From: Magallana gigas
Lineage: Eukaryota
Direction: 5' to 3'
DNA: 64,000 bases
Assembly (NCBI RefSeq): GCF_963853765.1
Contig: NC_088855.1
Location: 41,912,001 to 41,976,000, forward strand
Under the pieces are notes generated by a model. It saw only the letters and a list, made by a program, of their open reading frames with translations. It searched no databases and was not told the origin of the DNA. This document shows, piece by piece, positions 61,901 to 64,000 of the stretch. The translations under genes and the position numbers were made by a program. Numbering within the stretch: the first letter of the stretch is position 1; every line of letters starts with the position of its first letter.

Positions 61901-63612
61901 GGGAATTACATTGTTTTAAAGGTAAACCTATCAAGGTTGGAGTATTAATCAAATTTCATTGAATTAAGTTTTCTTTTTTTACATTGCGCAAGACATCCTA
62001 AAATGGGACCCCATATACAAATGCTCCATACCTATTGTAGTAATGTTTGAAATAAAAAATGACGTGGGTTTAAGGCTAGGAGGTTGTATATGATATATCA
62101 TTCATAAAATTTTTTAATGTAACATTAACCAAAAATGCATTTTTGTTGGGTTCAGCTAATCTGTGCATTACCTCTTCCACAAATTCAGATCTAAAGAGCT
62201 TCATCACGTCATCAGCAAATGATCTGGTCTTTTTTGGAGCTTCAGCTAAAAGACAGAAATGAGGCAATATTTATAAGCCATCTAAATCAAAGCATGGTTT
62301 AATGAAACAATATTTTTCACTTATTTTGTCTGTAGAATTATACTCACAATATGGTTTTTATATGGTCCGTCATGACAAAAATGTTTTTACTAAGATATAA
62401 TTGAAATTTGGATTATATTATTGATAAGACCAGGACTTCAAATGGTTATGATAAAATAAAGAGAAATTTTGATATATATATATACCCGGTATATATTGCC
62501 AAAGAAAAATAAACAAAATTGAAAAGACTATACTCTGTCCCGAGTTTTTGATTCCACCACTTTTCGCTTGATATTTCGATAATCATAAATACCTTTTGAG
62601 TTCAAACTACGTTCATCCACTAATATAAAAAATGCCCAGATTATCTGTTTTGAAACGCCCCCTCAACCGCTTAAGGTTTCAATACACATCCCAAAATAGA
62701 AAGTCTACAGAGATTTTGCATTGCATCAGCCATTAATAAGCACGAATGATAACGTTGAAAAATTGCGTGAGGTGTCCTGAGTACTTCCGAATGGAGAAAA
62801 GATGTAAACATTTCCCATTATAAATCTCCGTAAAAAATTTGTTTTCATTCCTGTGAACTTTTATGAGTGAAAAATGAATATTTGTCAACGAAGATATCTT
62901 GGATATTTTCCCTTTAATCTATTTCAACTGCATTTCTTTCGCAGGTATGTGTATTTTTATTAAAAATCAAAAAGTGATGGAAGCAATAACTTGGGACAGA
63001 CTATAGATACCAAATCAATGAATTTTAACTTAACTTTATCACAATAAAGTTTGTACAGCAGTTATTTCTTCAGTCACTTTTGTGAGCTTTTATATGTATC
63101 AAATTTAGCAAATAATATGAATCTTGCCTCCATCATCTGAATCTGATTTCTTATCTTCATCATTGTTCTGGAATAATCCTGGATATGCTACGATTCCAGC
63201 CTGCAGGTACTCCTGCACTGAGGAAGGCTTTTCCTCACTTTCACCTGAAATCATTTTCTCAAATGACTCCCACTCCGATTGCAGACTGGATGTTATCTCC
63301 ACCTATAATTTCAAAAGAATAAAATCAATATCAGTTATCTGCTATTTCTCTCTTTTATTCCCTTACTCTGATCAAATTCATTTTTTTATTTGTTTTGTTT
63401 TCATTTCAATGCGCTATTTACTTCCGCTTTCACTGAAATGAACAAAACCGCCATTTTGTTTATAAACGAAGCAAATTTTTAATTATAAGATATGATGTAC
63501 TTGTGTAAAGAATACCATTTACACTATGGCAAAACCTTACCTGATCTTGTTTATTAGTACTTGAACTTTGTGATTTATCCCCATCATCATCATAGCTTGC
63601 CAAAAGATCCAT
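58943..63612 (-). CDS. RSRC2: Arginine/serine-rich coiled-coil protein 2 (C-terminal small acidic protein-like domain)
   Basis: Exons 63612-63541, 63302-63128 (GC donor; alternative GT donor would end at 63245), 62245-62172, 60845-60537, 60362-60169, 60032-59869, 59694-59555, 59437-59312, 59203-58943. RS-rich centre; TGVAVPKYYNPAAVNPLKYAEQVQKRKLLW; KFKKLMGIK...LDKDYEFARMTTHTQRGVGLGF. Confidence 0.92.
62533..63001. mobile_element. TA-flanked MITE in an RSRC2 intron
   Basis: TA|CTCTGTCCCGAGTT ... AACTTGGGACAGAC|TA. Confidence 0.65.
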
Positions 63613-63910
63613 TTTGCTGGTATTGACTTCTTCTCTGTGTGTTCTATTTTTGACCTTTCCCGATGTCTGGTGTGGTTGGACTTCCGGTTAAAGTAATTCG
63701 GTCTCTCTACAATTCGATCACAAAACACGGAAACCGTGGAAGTGTAGGCATAAGTCCCTGCAGACACGGACAATTAATGAATTATTAACCTTTAAAGTAA
63801 ATACTTTAAATAATAAGAGGTATAATGTGTGTGTGAAAGATAATTTAAAAAAGTTTTTAAACCAATGAGGGAAAGTGAAAGTAGATGGGATAGCATGGTG
63901 CAGAAAATCG
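63613..63910. promoter_or_regulatory. RSRC2 promoter / 5' UTR with ETS-type motif; possibly bidirectional
   Basis: ACTTCCGG at 63680-63687 and CGGAAACCGTGGAAGT at about 63728 in a CpG-containing patch. Confidence 0.4.
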
Positions 63911-64000
63911 ATGAAGAGACTCAGCTTGAAACGAAAACTTGGCGCTGTTGACGAGAAGAATTCAACTCACCAAACACCTGTTACAAAACAAAAAGATGCA
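63911..64000 (+). CDS. Possible first coding exon of a divergent neighbouring gene (open at the window edge)
   Basis: ATG-MKRLSLKRKLGAVDEKNSTHQTPVTKQKDA with no stop before the edge; basic NLS-like start. No family recognised. Confidence 0.35.
   Translation, partial: MKRLSLKRKLGAVDEKNSTHQTPVTKQKDA

Overview
AT-rich eukaryotic genomic DNA with spliceosomal introns and two short N gaps. The repeat content (Helentron/HINE-type elements, MITE families) points to a bivalve mollusc, probably an oyster; that assignment is inference. By manual splicing I reconstruct seven multi-exon genes: a carboxypeptidase D with a fourth carboxypeptidase domain (-, runs off the left edge); a 199-aa PIS/CDIPT-like CDP-alcohol phosphotransferase (+, absent from the ORF track); a 128-aa secreted single-TSP1 precursor with a furin site (-, absent from the ORF track); TMEM132 (+); a Tctex1-domain dynein light chain (+); a CBM20 starch/glycogen-binding protein (-); and RSRC2 (-). 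Introns are packed with nested transposons. These include a 7.3-kb foldback element with a 9-bp TSD, a decayed HERO-like RLE retrotransposon bounded by 428-bp direct repeats inside another LINE, and several hairpin-only insertions. The most striking observation is the CBM20 locus: three paralogous ATG-bearing exons each encode the N-terminal half of the CBM20 fold, and all end in the same phase-1 donor matching one shared downstream exon, which looks like a variable-first-exon, half-domain-swapping system. All gene models are hand-spliced and have no transcript support.
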